From Octopus vulgaris (Eukaryota): a stretch of 64,000 bases of DNA. Below the pieces are notes generated by a model. The model saw only the letters and a program-made list of their open reading frames with translations. It was not told where the DNA came from and made no database searches. The translations under genes and the position numbers were made by a program. The stretch lies in the NCBI GenBank assembly GCA_951406725.2, contig OX597824.1:5766001-5830000 (forward strand), in the 5' to 3' direction. Of this stretch, positions 26,805-39,768 are shown piece after piece (positions within the stretch are counted from its first letter, which is position 1; each line of letters opens with the position of its first letter).

Positions 26805-27540
26805 CATATCCATTCACATATAAATATGTATTTATTCATATACATATATTTACGAATAGAAGTGGCACAACAATGTGTGCTGGAAACAGCAGTCGATAAC
26901 CGCGCGACACTATGTAAAGCTATACATACATTGAATCTTTACATAGCGCCGTACGGTTACCGACTGCTATTTCCAGCACATATCGGTACCTCGTTGTACC
27001 CCTATTTCCTATCTATAATTCAACTTTTACGGTGCTAATCGCTGGAAAGTGATACTATTGTATTTTAATATTTTTATATAAAGCTTTTTTACTGATCTCG
27101 GTTCGGTTTATGGTTGGTACTATCAGCCGAGAATACAGGTATCGATGTTGCGGATATTTTGAATTTTGTCTCAGGTAAGCCTAACTGATGAAAACGAACC
27201 AGATTTACGATAACAAACATATTCTGGAAAATCTGAAACTCAAGCACCAGGTTGTCCATTGTTTTCGTTGAAACTTGGTTTAGCTATAAGAGTTGGAGAG
27301 GATAAATGCCTGAAATTCAGATACCGAAGTCAGATGCTAACCAAGATTGTAGCTGTGACATTAGACAAAGATTTAATCTTCATTCTACAATGAACCAACC
27401 ACATCGCAGCTATGTACACGTGTAAAATTTAAGCTACGATTAGATTTAATCCAATGGTGTGTTATAGTTATGTTATTTTGGTTGAAACCATTGTATCTAA
27501 AAATTATTGAACAACACACAGCATCAGTTAAAACGTATCT

Positions 27541-27765
27541 CTCTTTTACTCTCTTTTACTTGTTTCAGACATTTGAATGCGGCCATGCTGGAGCACCGTC
27601 TTTAGTCGAGCAAATCGACCACAGGACTTATTCTTTGTAAGCGTAGTACTTATTCTACCGGTCTCTTTTGCCGAACCGCTAAGTTACGGGGACATAAACA
27701 CACCAGCATCGCTTGTCAAGCGATGTTGTGGGGACAAACACAGACACACAAACGTATACACACAC

Positions 27766-27820
<55 letters not shown>

Positions 27821-27983
27821 TACGACGGGCTTCTTTCAGTTTCCGTCTACCAAATCCACTCACAAGGCTTTAGTTGGCTCGAGGCTCTAGTAGAAGACAC
27901 TTGCCTAAGATTCCACGCAGTGGAACTGAACACGGAACCATGTGGTTCGTAAGCAAGCCAGTTACCACACAGCCACTCCTGCG
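27541..27983 (-). mobile_element. SINE B full length
   Basis: Reverse complement of 4618-5033. Confidence 0.9.
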
Positions 27984-30385
27984 TATGTCAATTTTTAACA
28001 GTTCACACTAAAGAAATCTTGATACATAAAGTCTTAAAATTCAGGGAATATAGAAACACTTGTCTGCTTTTTAAAATGTAGCACGTTCAGGGATTGAGTA
28101 TGAAATGTTGCAATGAGTATCACTTTTTGTGTAAGAATTTATTTCATGGTTGATATATAATGTTGGAAAGTGAGTTAGGATTCCGTAACTGGCTTGTTAC
28201 AGTAACACCAAGCATTTAAAAATAACCTGTATAAAAAGAATATTTGTTAGTTATGAATGACTTATTTACCTTGTTCTTACTGTATATTTGAGAAACAAAT
28301 GAAGTTATCTCGTTGTTGTACGAAATTATCATAACCATTAAAAAGTCGGATTTTAAATCAATTATCAAATTAAATTTGGTTAACCGCGACTAAGATTTGA
28401 CCAAGTTATTTCATTCCACTACTAACACCCTTGCCCCTAGTTTTCAGTATCTTGGAGTAAATAGATGACTTAAGGGAGTTCATTATGTCATTGATTGAAA
28501 TTCTAATGATTCCATTTCTCCAAGCTACATGTATAATAATTGCCGACTGAAAGATTACATAAAATATTCAAGTATTATTTTTTTTCAGTAACGACTCGCA
28601 AAATGCTAATTTCTCTAGAATTAATCAAGGCAAATGCTTGTAGCTATTTTCTTTTAGGTTCTGCATTAAAATTGACACTGAATGAGAAATAATATTCCAA
28701 TAATTCAAATCGATTTTGAATATATTTCAAATATAATTGTCAAGTTAATCGTGGGCTGGATACTTCGTGATCTGGATCAATGGTTTTTAACTGTCGACAT
28801 TATATTAGGAGAAATAATTATTATCTTGTAAATCTTCCCTGAATTAACTCATGAGTAATTAGGCAAAGCTACTTTAAGCTACATCGTATTTGCTATTGTG
28901 GTTTGACTAAAGTTAAAGCCCTATGCAACTTCTTTCGTGGTCAAAAAATTAAAGGGCTGGTTTATGTCAAGCGTGGGGACCTTTATCACTTTGGGAGACC
29001 GCATTTAGGTGTAACCAAATAAGTCCGGGTTCAAGAAACCTCAATTAGATATTTTGTAAACATAATTATTATGTACTAATTAACCTAATAGAAACGAAAA
29101 GCCTTTTTTAAATCTAAAGTTAACTAACCTTATAATGAATTTCTTGTGACTAGTTTTTGTGGGAAGATATTTGAATATTAAACTACCGCATAGAGGGCAG
29201 CAGTTTTAGCTGATCCTCTAAATGGTTATCCGTCTTTTGTGACCTTAAAGGTGTCAGGATTTTGGCTAGGCAGGAAAATGTAGATTCGCAGTAATAAGTG
29301 ATTGAAAAGTGGAAAAGCATCTTTTGTGCATATTGCCGAAGCTATGCGTATTCTCTTGCATATTTTCCATATTTCAATTGATATTTCTTAGTGTCAAATA
29401 TGGACTTTAAAAGGTTATATTCTGAAAGCTCAAACAATTCCATCTGTAGCGCTTTAGGAGCCTTGGAATCACCAACCAGGTGAGGTTGAAATGCTAATTT
29501 GAATGTGGTGTCATGATTCTCAAAGTTAGTGAACCTTTCATTGTATTCTCCAAATAAGAAGTTGCGTATTCTTCAAACGAATTACATAAATCCTTCTGTC
29601 CATCAATATCCTTTGCCAACTGTGGAAAATGTTCAGCCGAAATCTCCTTTGAAAGCAGAAGAGATTTGAAACAATGTAGCAACTTTCGAAGTGTTTGGAA
29701 TTTTATTTACAGATCATATATACATTTACTTTTACCTTTCAAAGAAATATTCAAGTTACTTTGCTTTGACACAATATTACGGAAACGGTGCGTTTCTATA
29801 GAAACATTCTTTCGATAATTCACATTCTTGATTCTGTTCTTCATGAAAATTAATTATCTCTTCTCGCAGAACTAAAATCTTTGCGAACACCTGCCGCTGT
29901 GGTAGCCAGCGCACTTTACAGTGATATGGCAAATCCACACTGAATACCATATCGTCCAACTTAATCATTTTACGAAGCTATTTCGCATTTGCGCGAATGT
30001 AGCTAACAATACTTATAACTTGTTACAAAGTGCCACTGAAAATAATAGATTTAGAATAGAGATTGTGTTGATATAAGATAAAATGATAAGAAATCGGAGC
30101 ATCTAGATTTGATAATACTTTTTATCTGTGCAACAAACACTTCATATTTTCCTGTCATGGAAGGTGCGCGTTCTGTTCATAGACTCACTAGATTAACCAA
30201 ATTTAGTCCTGTTTCATGACAATCTTCTTAAAATTTTGTGAGGATATATATTCACGTGTTCTGCTCGTAAATGTATCGAAAGCCAGTAACTCTTCATTAC
30301 AAATAAAAATATTTCTTCTGGCCCGATAAAATCCGTGCTCCTAGTATGTCAGTTGATTGGTCCAAAGAGATTGAATGATATATAT

Positions 30386-30792
30386 CTCTTTTACTCTTTT
30401 ACTTGTTTCAGTCATTTGACTGCGGCCATGGTGCAACACCGCCTTCTAGTCGAGTAAATCGACCCCAGGACTTATTCTTTGTAAGCCTAGTACTTATTCT
30501 ATCAGTCTCTTTTGCTGAACCGCTAAGTTACGGGACGTAAACACACCAGCATCGGTTGTCAAGCAATGGTGGGGGGACAAACACAGACACACCAACATAT
30601 ACATACATACACATATATATACATATATACGACGGGCTTCTTCCAGTTTCCGTCTACCAAATCCACTCACAAGGCTTTGGTCGGCCCGGAGTTATAGTAG
30701 AAGACACTTGCCCAAGGTGCCACGCAGTGGGAATGAACTCGGAACCATGTGGTTGGTAGGCAAGCTACTTACCACACAGCCACTCCTGTGCC
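30386..30792 (-). mobile_element. SINE B nested in the hAT element
   Basis: Family B sequence. Confidence 0.9.
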
Positions 30793-30820
<28 letters not shown>

Positions 30821-30827
<7 letters not shown>

Positions 30828-31103
30828 AATGAGGGAGAAAAACTAGATATTAATTTGATAACGTCAATTTTAACACGAGTGGTCTAGCTTATAAAAAAAG
30901 AACTGAGGTTCAGTTAGTATTATGCATAAATATAAGAGGGAATTCTTTACCACTATGTGGAAACCCTTATGCTAGAAGCAGATCCGCTATGGTCTTAACC
31001 ACTAAGAATTGTTCTCTAGAAAATTCAGCAAACACCAGAAACGTAAACGGATCTTCTTCTAGCATAAGGGTTTACACATATAGTGGTAAAATTCCCTCTT
31101 ATA
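30821..31103. mobile_element. (TA)n-flanked fold-back element
   Basis: Imperfect inverted arms at 30931-30986 and 31048-31103. Confidence 0.55.
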
Positions 31104-31402
31104 TATATATGTATGTATGTATATATATATTACTCTTTATCTTATATTAAACTGTTTTAATACTTTTTGATAGTAATAGTTATAAAATAATAATAATAAT
31201 AATAAAAAATATATATATATATATAAATTTATTAGTATAAATTAATAATTTAAATAATTTTTTAAATTTTAAGTTTAAAATAATTAAAATTTTGAATTTT
31301 ATATTTTATATTATTTTGTATATTATATTAATTAATTTTATTTTTATGTATTGGTTTGTGTTTTTCACTGTTTCATTTGACTAATAGTGGTTTTATCTCT
31401 AA

Positions 31403-31454
<52 letters not shown>

Positions 31455-31676
31455 GGTATTATTGTGTGAAGTACTTCTGTTACACTGAAGGCCAATTAGT
31501 TACTCCGATTAGTTACTTTGAAAACTTGAAGGGCTCTAAACATCTCAATTTTCGATAATGTATTTCTTTACGATTTCCACATCGTTGATTGGGTTCCTTT
31601 TCTTTCCCGAGCAAATAAGTTAATTACAAGTTGCTTCGGAGGCATTATTTCCGTGTCTTGCCACCGCTTTAAACAG

Positions 31677-31754
31677 GACCTCCGTAATGCCATGATGGAC
31701 CGTGAAGTCTGGCGTAGCATGGTAAATTCCATTGTCTCGACCACGGTCGAACAA
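31677..31754 (+). mobile_element. 78-bp extreme 3' end of an RTE-type LINE with TSD
   Basis: Near-identical to 52073-52149, flanked by TTAAACAG on both sides. Confidence 0.85.
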
Positions 31755-32494
31755 TTAAACAGCTGTCTTTGCTTGCTTTTCATCTTAATTTTCTGCAATG
31801 TCACATTTCGCACCCCTCCCTCTAATTAGAAATATTTGTGTTCCATATGAGTGGCATAATGCCGATGAGCATTGCATTTCATCCATTTCCAGATTGCAGA
31901 ATCACAAAGAAAGCAAACCATCTTACCTTTAGCGGGCGAAAAATAACATTGCAGTTCTCAATTCTCATTAAAACATCCATTTCAGTTTACAGTAATATTC
32001 TTGCTGACAGCGCCCTCTTGCTCTTCTTTGAAATCATGGACTATTAAGAAGTGAATAAAAAACGCGGATATCGTTAGGCCGTGTAATTATTCTCAAATTC
32101 CACCACTTCAAATGGAAAGGTAAGCGCCCCATTGTCACTAGTTGTCAATTAGTCGCGTACTGGACGCCACGGGCTCTCACTAACCATCTTCGAGATGTAG
32201 TGGCGCCACTCAGGAGGGAACGTTAACGTAAATTTTGCCGTCACATTGGAACTAAATCATGAGTGAGCAAGTGTTGGAATATTTCTTGTAACTTAGTAAT
32301 TTTCTAATTGTAGCAATTAGTTAGGGAGCATCATTTCGTTGGATTTTCTTTTACTCTTTCTTATGCTAAATAATTTCAATTTAATGTTAAGTTAAAAATA
32401 ATTAAAGACGAACAAAAACATAGTAAAAGTAAAAGATTTATTCTGCAAAGTTTAGGTTCATACAAAAGGTCACACATAATGGTCGAGAAATACA

Positions 32495-32686
32495 AGACGG
32501 CATGCGACCCTAAGGCTGCCTTTTCCTCACCCCTGGTGTATCAGACGGCATGCGACCCTAAGGCTGCTGGTTCCTCACCCCTGGTGTATCAGACGGCATG
32601 CGGCCCTAAGGTTGCTTTTTCCTCACCCCTGGTGTATCAGACGGAATGCGACCCTAAGGCTGCTGGTTCCTCACCCCTGGTGTATC
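32495..32686. repeat. 48-bp tandem repeat, 4 copies, made of the hAT terminus
   Basis: Unit AGACGGCATGCGACCCTAAGGCTGC....TCCTCACCCCTGGTGTATC with an ABAB variant pattern. Confidence 0.95.
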
Positions 32687-34354
32687 TTCTCAGTGATAGT
32701 AATCGTTTACATGTGTGTTTGTGGACGTGTCTATAGATTTAGGTATCGTTGCGTTTGAGACCCGATTCCCTGATGATATTTTTTCAGTTTATAGCAATGT
32801 CCTGCTTTAAAAAAGACCAATGATGTGAGGTGTATCATCCGGCGTTTGCCTATGAAAATTCTCAAGAGAGACTGTAGTTCTTAAACTCCATCGAAATAGG
32901 ATCAAACCGTAAATACTATTTCGATGGAGTTTATAATATTTGTGACCCTGTTGCATTTACACTTCACAATTGATTTTATTTTGAGTTAAGTATTTCCTCA
33001 GTACATATAGACTCGATTAAGTAAAATTAACACGATAGCCACATTAACTGTGTGGATATTTAGTACACAGTGTATCTACCATTGATTGATTAGTAATGTT
33101 GTGAATTTCAGTTTTCAGACAAGTGTTAAACAAGAATAGTATTAATCATTAATATAATTGACTGCCAACGGTTAAGAACAGAAGTTGTACCGACTACAGA
33201 AACATCTGGTTTATATAAAGAGAGCAGAATAAGAAAGTAGTGACATTCTTGTTAAGAAAGACGATTATAAGAAAATCAGATCTTCATATAAAACTACCTC
33301 AAAAATGGCAACGATATGACGGTGGCAACAACAATATAATATGATAAAAAACAACAAAAAATAACGAGAGAGCAATATTAACTTTACTGTTAAGGACAAG
33401 ATAGAAGCAGCCGTTACATAATGGTTACAGAATTTAATACAGAAACGAAGGCGTTGAGCTGGTCGAAGTGTTTGCACGTCAGACAGAATGCTTTGCGGTA
33501 TTTCGTCCGTCTTTATGTTCTGAGTTCAAATTCCACCGGGGTCGTCTTTACCTTCCATCCTTTCGGAATCGATAACATAAATAACAGTCCAACTCCGGAG
33601 TCGATGTTATCGACTTACTTCAACCCTGAAGTTGAAGGTGCACGTAGAAAATATAGCGCTAAATTTATTATAACTTTTAGTAAATTATCAAATTTACTAA
33701 TTTCATAGCATAAATATGGAACAGGATGTTATGAACACAAAAAAGAAAATATCAAAATAGATTAAAGGACCAAAGAAATCTGTTTTCTACTACTATTTCT
33801 TTTCTTATTTCCCTTAAATATTCTTTAATATCAGTAACAGATGCTATCAATGAATACATGATTTCATTTGGATAATTTCAAGTTAAATTGTGTCCCAAGG
33901 ACAGCACAATAAATTGAAGGCTATAAGTGCATAGCCACAATCAATGGAAGCGCAAAACCACTTTGAAGGCTGAACAATAACCTCCTCTCTGATACAATAA
34001 CCTCCTCTCATAAATAGGCAATAATCAGATGAACATCAAAAAACTTTATCAACCACCACTGATAATTGCTTTAAGAACGGTTACTATTCGGTCACTCTAT
34101 CAGTAATTTCAAACTTCCACGTATTTGAGAAGCACAATTATTTCCCCAAACCTGATTATGGTGATTGAAGGGAAAGATTTGTGCAGGGAATATGAATAGA
34201 ACGTTTCAAATTTCATTGGGTGATTAAATGTGTTGGGATTCAAAGGAAAGTAATGTGTAAAAAGTCTATAAAATTCTATAACGAATAATTTTGAGATGGT
34301 AATATCTTCTAAGTCCCCACTAATGAACCACTCCTATGAAGAACAGTATACCTA

Positions 34355-34565
34355 GGGGCTAAACATAGAGAGGACAAACAAGGACAGACAAACGGATTAA
34401 GTCGATTCTATCGACCCCAGTGTGTAACTGGAACTTATTTAATCGATCCCGAAAGGAAGAAAGGCAAAGTCGACCTCGGCGGAATTTGAACTCAGAACGT
34501 AGCGGGAGACGAAATACTGCTAAGCATTTCGCCCGGCGTGCTAACGATTCTCCCAGCTCGCCGCC
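34355..34565 (-). mobile_element. SINE A
   Basis: Family A sequence. Confidence 0.9.
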
Positions 34566-35598
34566 CATATGAAGAACTGTATACTGGTCACAACCGTCCT
34601 AAATATTTATCTAGGACTACACTGCTGAAAGTTTCCTCTCTATTTAATACGGAAGAATATGTGATCTCCGGGAGATTTGACATTGACATTAACATGTTAA
34701 GACGCTTTTGTATAAAATGGACTCAAGAATAGGCGAGGTGAACCACCAAGGTGTAGGGTTCATATTTCCTACATTTGGATCTTATTTATATATTCAAATG
34801 TTCACAAATGATCATTCCGTTCTTTTAAGATTTCTATGCTATAATCTTATCTTCGTATTCCTGTTACATGGCTTTCGGTAAATACGTCAATTAAATGGCA
34901 AGCAACTTGAAACCATTGATTCATTGCTTCAGTGCTTCATTTGAAATTCTTCAAACCGTGATGGAATTTAACTGCTATTTTCCAAAGCATATACAGAAAG
35001 GGTTGTTTTCTATAGCATTGAGAGTTGTACAATAACGGAAATTTTAAAAGAAAAGACACCTGCATCACATCTCTCACCTTTATGATTTGCATCTTGAGTT
35101 CATTTTCCAGAATAAACAATGAATGGCGATTTGCAATAGCGCAACAGTTTCTCAGTTCAAAGCATTTTATGTTAAAACAAATTTACTTTGCTCGCAGACG
35201 CTTTGAAAATACCAAATATAACACTATCTGCTATTTTGAATCAGAAATATCAATGTACAGGGACTTATCGTGTTGCTATATATTTGCGTAAATCGGCAAA
35301 ACCGGATTTCCTGTATTTGCAAAAGAATTCACACATTGAAATCACCTTATCAAGGAAACTGAAGAGAATGTCCTATTTGGGATGAAGATGATCTACACTG
35401 CGTTTCAAATGTATAATCCGTTCGCGTTTAGGTATCTTACAGACAGACTTACAAATACATACATACATACATACATATCATAATACCCTGTAGTTGATGA
35501 AATCCAAATGAAAGAGCCTTGGATCTATGTTAGAAACCGGTTCTTTCTCTGTTGGCAAGAAATATTGATATAAACTGAATAATGATATAGAGACAGAC

Positions 35599-35650
<52 letters not shown>

Positions 35651-36309
35651 ATACATACATACATACAAACAAACAAACAAACAAACAAACTTAAACTCGC
35701 ACAAATAATGTGTTGTAATAGTTTACTGTTATTCATTAGAAACAGAATATTTCGAAGTCTATCATATTCAAAGCTGCAACAAAGGGAAGATAGGTATTTA
35801 CCGCTTTCCCATCACATTTGAGGCGATTTCGGTTCACTTAGCTCTGAATTATATCCAATTTTTTAAAAATACAATATATTTATTTCGTCCAGAAATTTAT
35901 TCGCCTCTGGATTATCAACAACAAACATAGGATATGTATGTTATATGTGCCTGTGCCTGCGTATAGTATATGTGTGCCTATGTATGTATATAAATATATG
36001 CGTGTGTATATGCACGCACATATATATATATATATCATAATGATATTTATTCTCTGAATTGAAGTGACAATTTTTAAATACAAACGAACGGCTGAAAAAT
36101 GATGAGCTAACCTCAGCCAGAATCGAACTAACAAACCGACGCTTTCATGGCTCATTACAAATCTGATTAGCCAAACGCTCACCTATCAATTTCCGTCGAT
36201 TTGTGAGTTGGATTCTGCTTGAGGTTAGCGAATCATTTATTAGTCATTTGTTTATATTTAAAAATTGTCGCTTCAAATCGGAGAATAAATATCATTATGA
36301 TATACAGTT

Positions 36310-37915
36310 ATTATACAGTTATTATCCTGTGAACCTTCCATAGTAGCTTTCTCTCCGTAACTCGCATTAATTCCGCTGGTGAACTTCGTGGCGCATTTGG
36401 GTTCAGAGTAAGTCTCTACACCCTTAAGAGTTGTTGGATCGCGACGTCGTCTGTTCCTTATTAGCGCTCTTTAAGGCTCTCTTAATAGTGTCCACGAACC
36501 GTTCGGCCCTTCCATTCGATCTAGGGGGATATGGTGCTATAGTTTTATGATACAAGTCACGTTCCGTTATCAAAGACAATTATATCCGGCACAGCAAATC
36601 TTGCGAACAGCTCGTATAAGAAGTTTATGACTGCATATGACGTTGGTCGTTTACACCTCGCGACCTCAGGCCATTTTGTGTAGCTGTCCATTAATATTAG
36701 ATAATATCCATTTACCGGGCCTACAAAGGGACCACGGTATATTCACTTTCAGCTACGTTTACATTTTGTAGTAGGTAATTTCGCAGCCAGCGCACACCCT
36801 CTGCACCCTTTTACCAGGTTTTCAACACCCTTGTCCATCCTTGGCCAGTATACGAAAGTTCGCATCAGCGCTTTCATTCTAGAGATGCCTGGGTGTCCCA
36901 CATGAAACTCGTTTAGCAATCCCTTCTGTAATGTCTGTGGTATGACCACCCTCTGAGCGTACATTAACACACCATCACATATAGAGTACGCGTTCATATC
37001 TTGACGGTTCTTTGCATCAGACCTTTTATTTCCTTTTGTCGACCACAATTTTCTTTTGGTCTCATTCATAAATTTGTACTTTCTCGCATTTCTTTTTATT
37101 TATTCCGAAGTTACTAGTAGTTCATGCACGATGATTCACATCACATTTTGTATTTCAGTTTATCGACCTCAATCGATCGTCCGACTGCTCCGTTTACGCT
37201 ATTGCACAAAACGTTTATGGGTATATCTCATAAATTAAATTTCTCCATACATTCGGTGCCAAATAAATTCATGGCTTTTGTTTTCAACACATAAACATTC
37301 ACTTTTTTTGGTTCGACCTTTGAACATTATATTGCAAGCTTGTTGACCTGTGAAATATAATTTTCTCCCCCTAACACCGTACGCTATTTTGTTTCAACTA
37401 CATAATTTTGTTTTGCCCATTTATTCCCATGCTTTCTCGTTTATGATTGTGATATCACTTCCCGTGTCTAACTGCATTCTGACACTAATGTTTTCAAGTC
37501 TCACATTAAAAAATGTTCTCTTTGTTGTAGTCACATTTTTCCTACTGACTTATTATTTTTTCTTGTTTGTTCCATTTCCCTATCATTCTAGTTTTGTAGT
37601 GAGATTTTATATGTCCTGTAAACCCGCAACGAAAACTCTTTGCCTTTTTATACGGACAATCATTTTTCAGGTGCATCCCACCACATGCAATATATGGGTC
37701 TACATCCCGATATTTTTTTCTGTTTTCCCTGTAACACTGTTTTTGTTTTCAACCTTTTTTGCATTGGTCTTATGTGGAAACGCTCTTTCCATTGAATTTC
37801 TCCCGTGTCATACATTAATTTTAATATCCTGTCACACTCTTCCTACATTTTCTGCAATGTCAAATCCCGGTTCAATTCCACTTGCGGTAGAATTTGCGTT
37901 CGGATTTCGGCATTT
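36310..37915 (-). mobile_element. Gypsy/Ty3 LTR retrotransposon internal remnant (gag knuckle, protease, integrase; RT/RNase H absent)
   Basis: RCGFTGHIKSH, VRMQLDTGSDITII, HVGHPGISRMKALMRTFVYWPRMD..CRGC, MDSYTKWPEV..FARFAVPDIIVFDNG and PRSNGRAERFVDTIKRA. Confidence 0.9.
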
Positions 37916-38434
37916 CTTCTCTCTGTACTTATATGTATGTATATATGCATATATCTATATATTATTTATATTATATATATATATATATACGTTTAAATAT
38001 TTGTTGTGCAACAATTTTTATGATATATTATTAAACAATAGTGTTTTTTTAAAGTTTAATATCATAAATAATAGCGTACACATTATTATAAGTATACATT
38101 TTCGATGTGGTTCTTTGTCCCAAATCGAAATTTTACACTGGCGTCTGATTTCTATGTCCACATTTATCGTTATAATCTTTGGACCATGGAACATAAGATA
38201 TGTCAAGGACAAGCAATAGTATTGTGAAAGAGTAGGGTGGCGTGTTAACCGGTCTAAATGCTTAGGGGCATTTCGTCTGTCTTTACTTTTTGAGTGGTCA
38301 TCTTAGTATTTCATTCTTTCAGGGTCGAAAAAATGATTAGTATTTGAGATCTGGGGTCGATGTAATCAACTTGCCTCCTGCCACCAAAATTGCGGGCTTT
38401 GTACCAACATCTGAAAGCATTATTATTACTGTTA

Positions 38435-38982
38435 TTGAGTGAGAGAGCATTGCATGCCATCAAAGTGACACTGGGGTAAAATATACTAAGCTCAGTGTAC
38501 CCATCGTGACGACCCGTCTGATAAGGGTACTGCAGGCACATGCATCACAACCCATAGGTGTGCGACACGGTGAACTCACATCAACATAAACAGATGACCC
38601 TGCAGGTGAGGCTCAGTTAGAATTTTCTTCTGGTTGAGTAACCCATCCCGCTCAAAAGGTCCCTGAATAAGGATTGTTTAAGGAATTGTTGAACGAACCA
38701 CCCATGTTTCCAAAGGTGAATTATCCAAACCTCTAAGAATTCCTTTCAACACACAGCTATGATGGTTCCCCCACTATTTCTGCTCATGATCAGAGATGCA
38801 CATATCGTCGGCCACTAAGGGACATGGCCAACTGGTTATGGTCAGACAACTGACGAGCAAATCTGTGGTATTGAGCAGAATATTTACTGTAGCCCATCTT
38901 TTATATCAAGACAAAACAATGTACATGATAACACTTCCAATCAGTTAAGATCAGGAGACATGAGAGCCATGCATCAGGGCAT
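38435..38982 (-). mobile_element. (AAT)n-associated element, near full length
   Basis: Reverse complement of 18456-18710 plus 2940-3237. ATT runs lie nearby on both sides. Confidence 0.85.
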
Positions 38983-39001
38983 GTTAAGGTCAAGCATCTA
39001 A

Positions 39002-39040
<39 letters not shown>

Positions 39041-39353
39041 GACGATGAGCTGACGCAATCGTTAGCATACCGGCCGAAAGTCTTTACATTCTGGGTTCGA
39101 AATCCACCAAGCTCGACTTAGCATTTCATCCTTTCGAGGTCGATAAAATCAGTAGTATTTCTGCACGTGATCCGATGTAATCACCTCACTCCTCCCCCCA
39201 TATTTGCTGACCATGTGCGAAAATTTGAAACCAATATTATGAAGTTATAAATTACCTCTATACCTTTATGTTACCTATTACAATTAACAGTGAACTCTTC
39301 CTCAAAACGTTCCTCAACAATTTTAAACGGATATAACACTTTATATCATGTGA

Positions 39354-39768
39354 AGGCGGTGAGCTGGCAGAAGCGTTAGCACGCCGGGCGAAATGCTTAG
39401 CGGTATTTAGTCTGCCGCTACGTTCTGAGTTCAAATTCTGCCGAGGTCGACTTTGCCTTTCATCCTTTCAAAGTCGATAAATTAAATACCAGTTATGCAC
39501 TGAGGTCGATGTAATCGACTTAATCCCCTAGCCTGTCCTTGTTTGTTCCCTCTATGTTTAGACCCTTGTGGGTAGTAAAGAAATAGGTATTTCGTCTGCC
39601 GTTACGTTCTGTGTTCAAATTCCGTCGAGGTCGGCTTTGCCTTTCATACTTTTGGGGCCGATAAATAAAGTACCAGTTTCGCACTGGGGTCGATATAATC
39701 GACTAAGTCCCTTTGTCTGTCCTTGTTTGTCCCCTCTATGTTTAGCACCTTGTGGGCAGTAAAGAAAT
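39354..39768 (+). mobile_element. SINE A head-to-tail dimer
   Basis: The second unit begins at AAAGAAATA|GGTATTTCGTCTG and lacks the A-box head. Confidence 0.9.

Larger units (their letters stand above)
28968..32679 (-). mobile_element. decayed full-length hAT (Charlie/SPIN/GTF2IRD2-like) DNA transposon with nested insertions
   Basis: N-terminal GKMVCFLC, DLPYHCKVRWL and C-terminal TYYCESTFS..LRSQKTDNHLED. Ends CAAGCGTGGGGACC and GGTTCCTCACCCCTG. Flanks GTTTATGT and GTGTATCT match at 6 of 8 positions. Confidence 0.82.

Noticed and set aside
32495-32686. CRISPR-like array or repeat-protein ORF (32479-32736)
   Set aside because: There are no unique spacers, the context is eukaryotic, and the unit is a transposon terminus.
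37350-38219. 289-aa hydrophobic ORF resembling a membrane protein
   Set aside because: It is the antisense shadow of the Gypsy gag/protease region plus AT-rich DNA.
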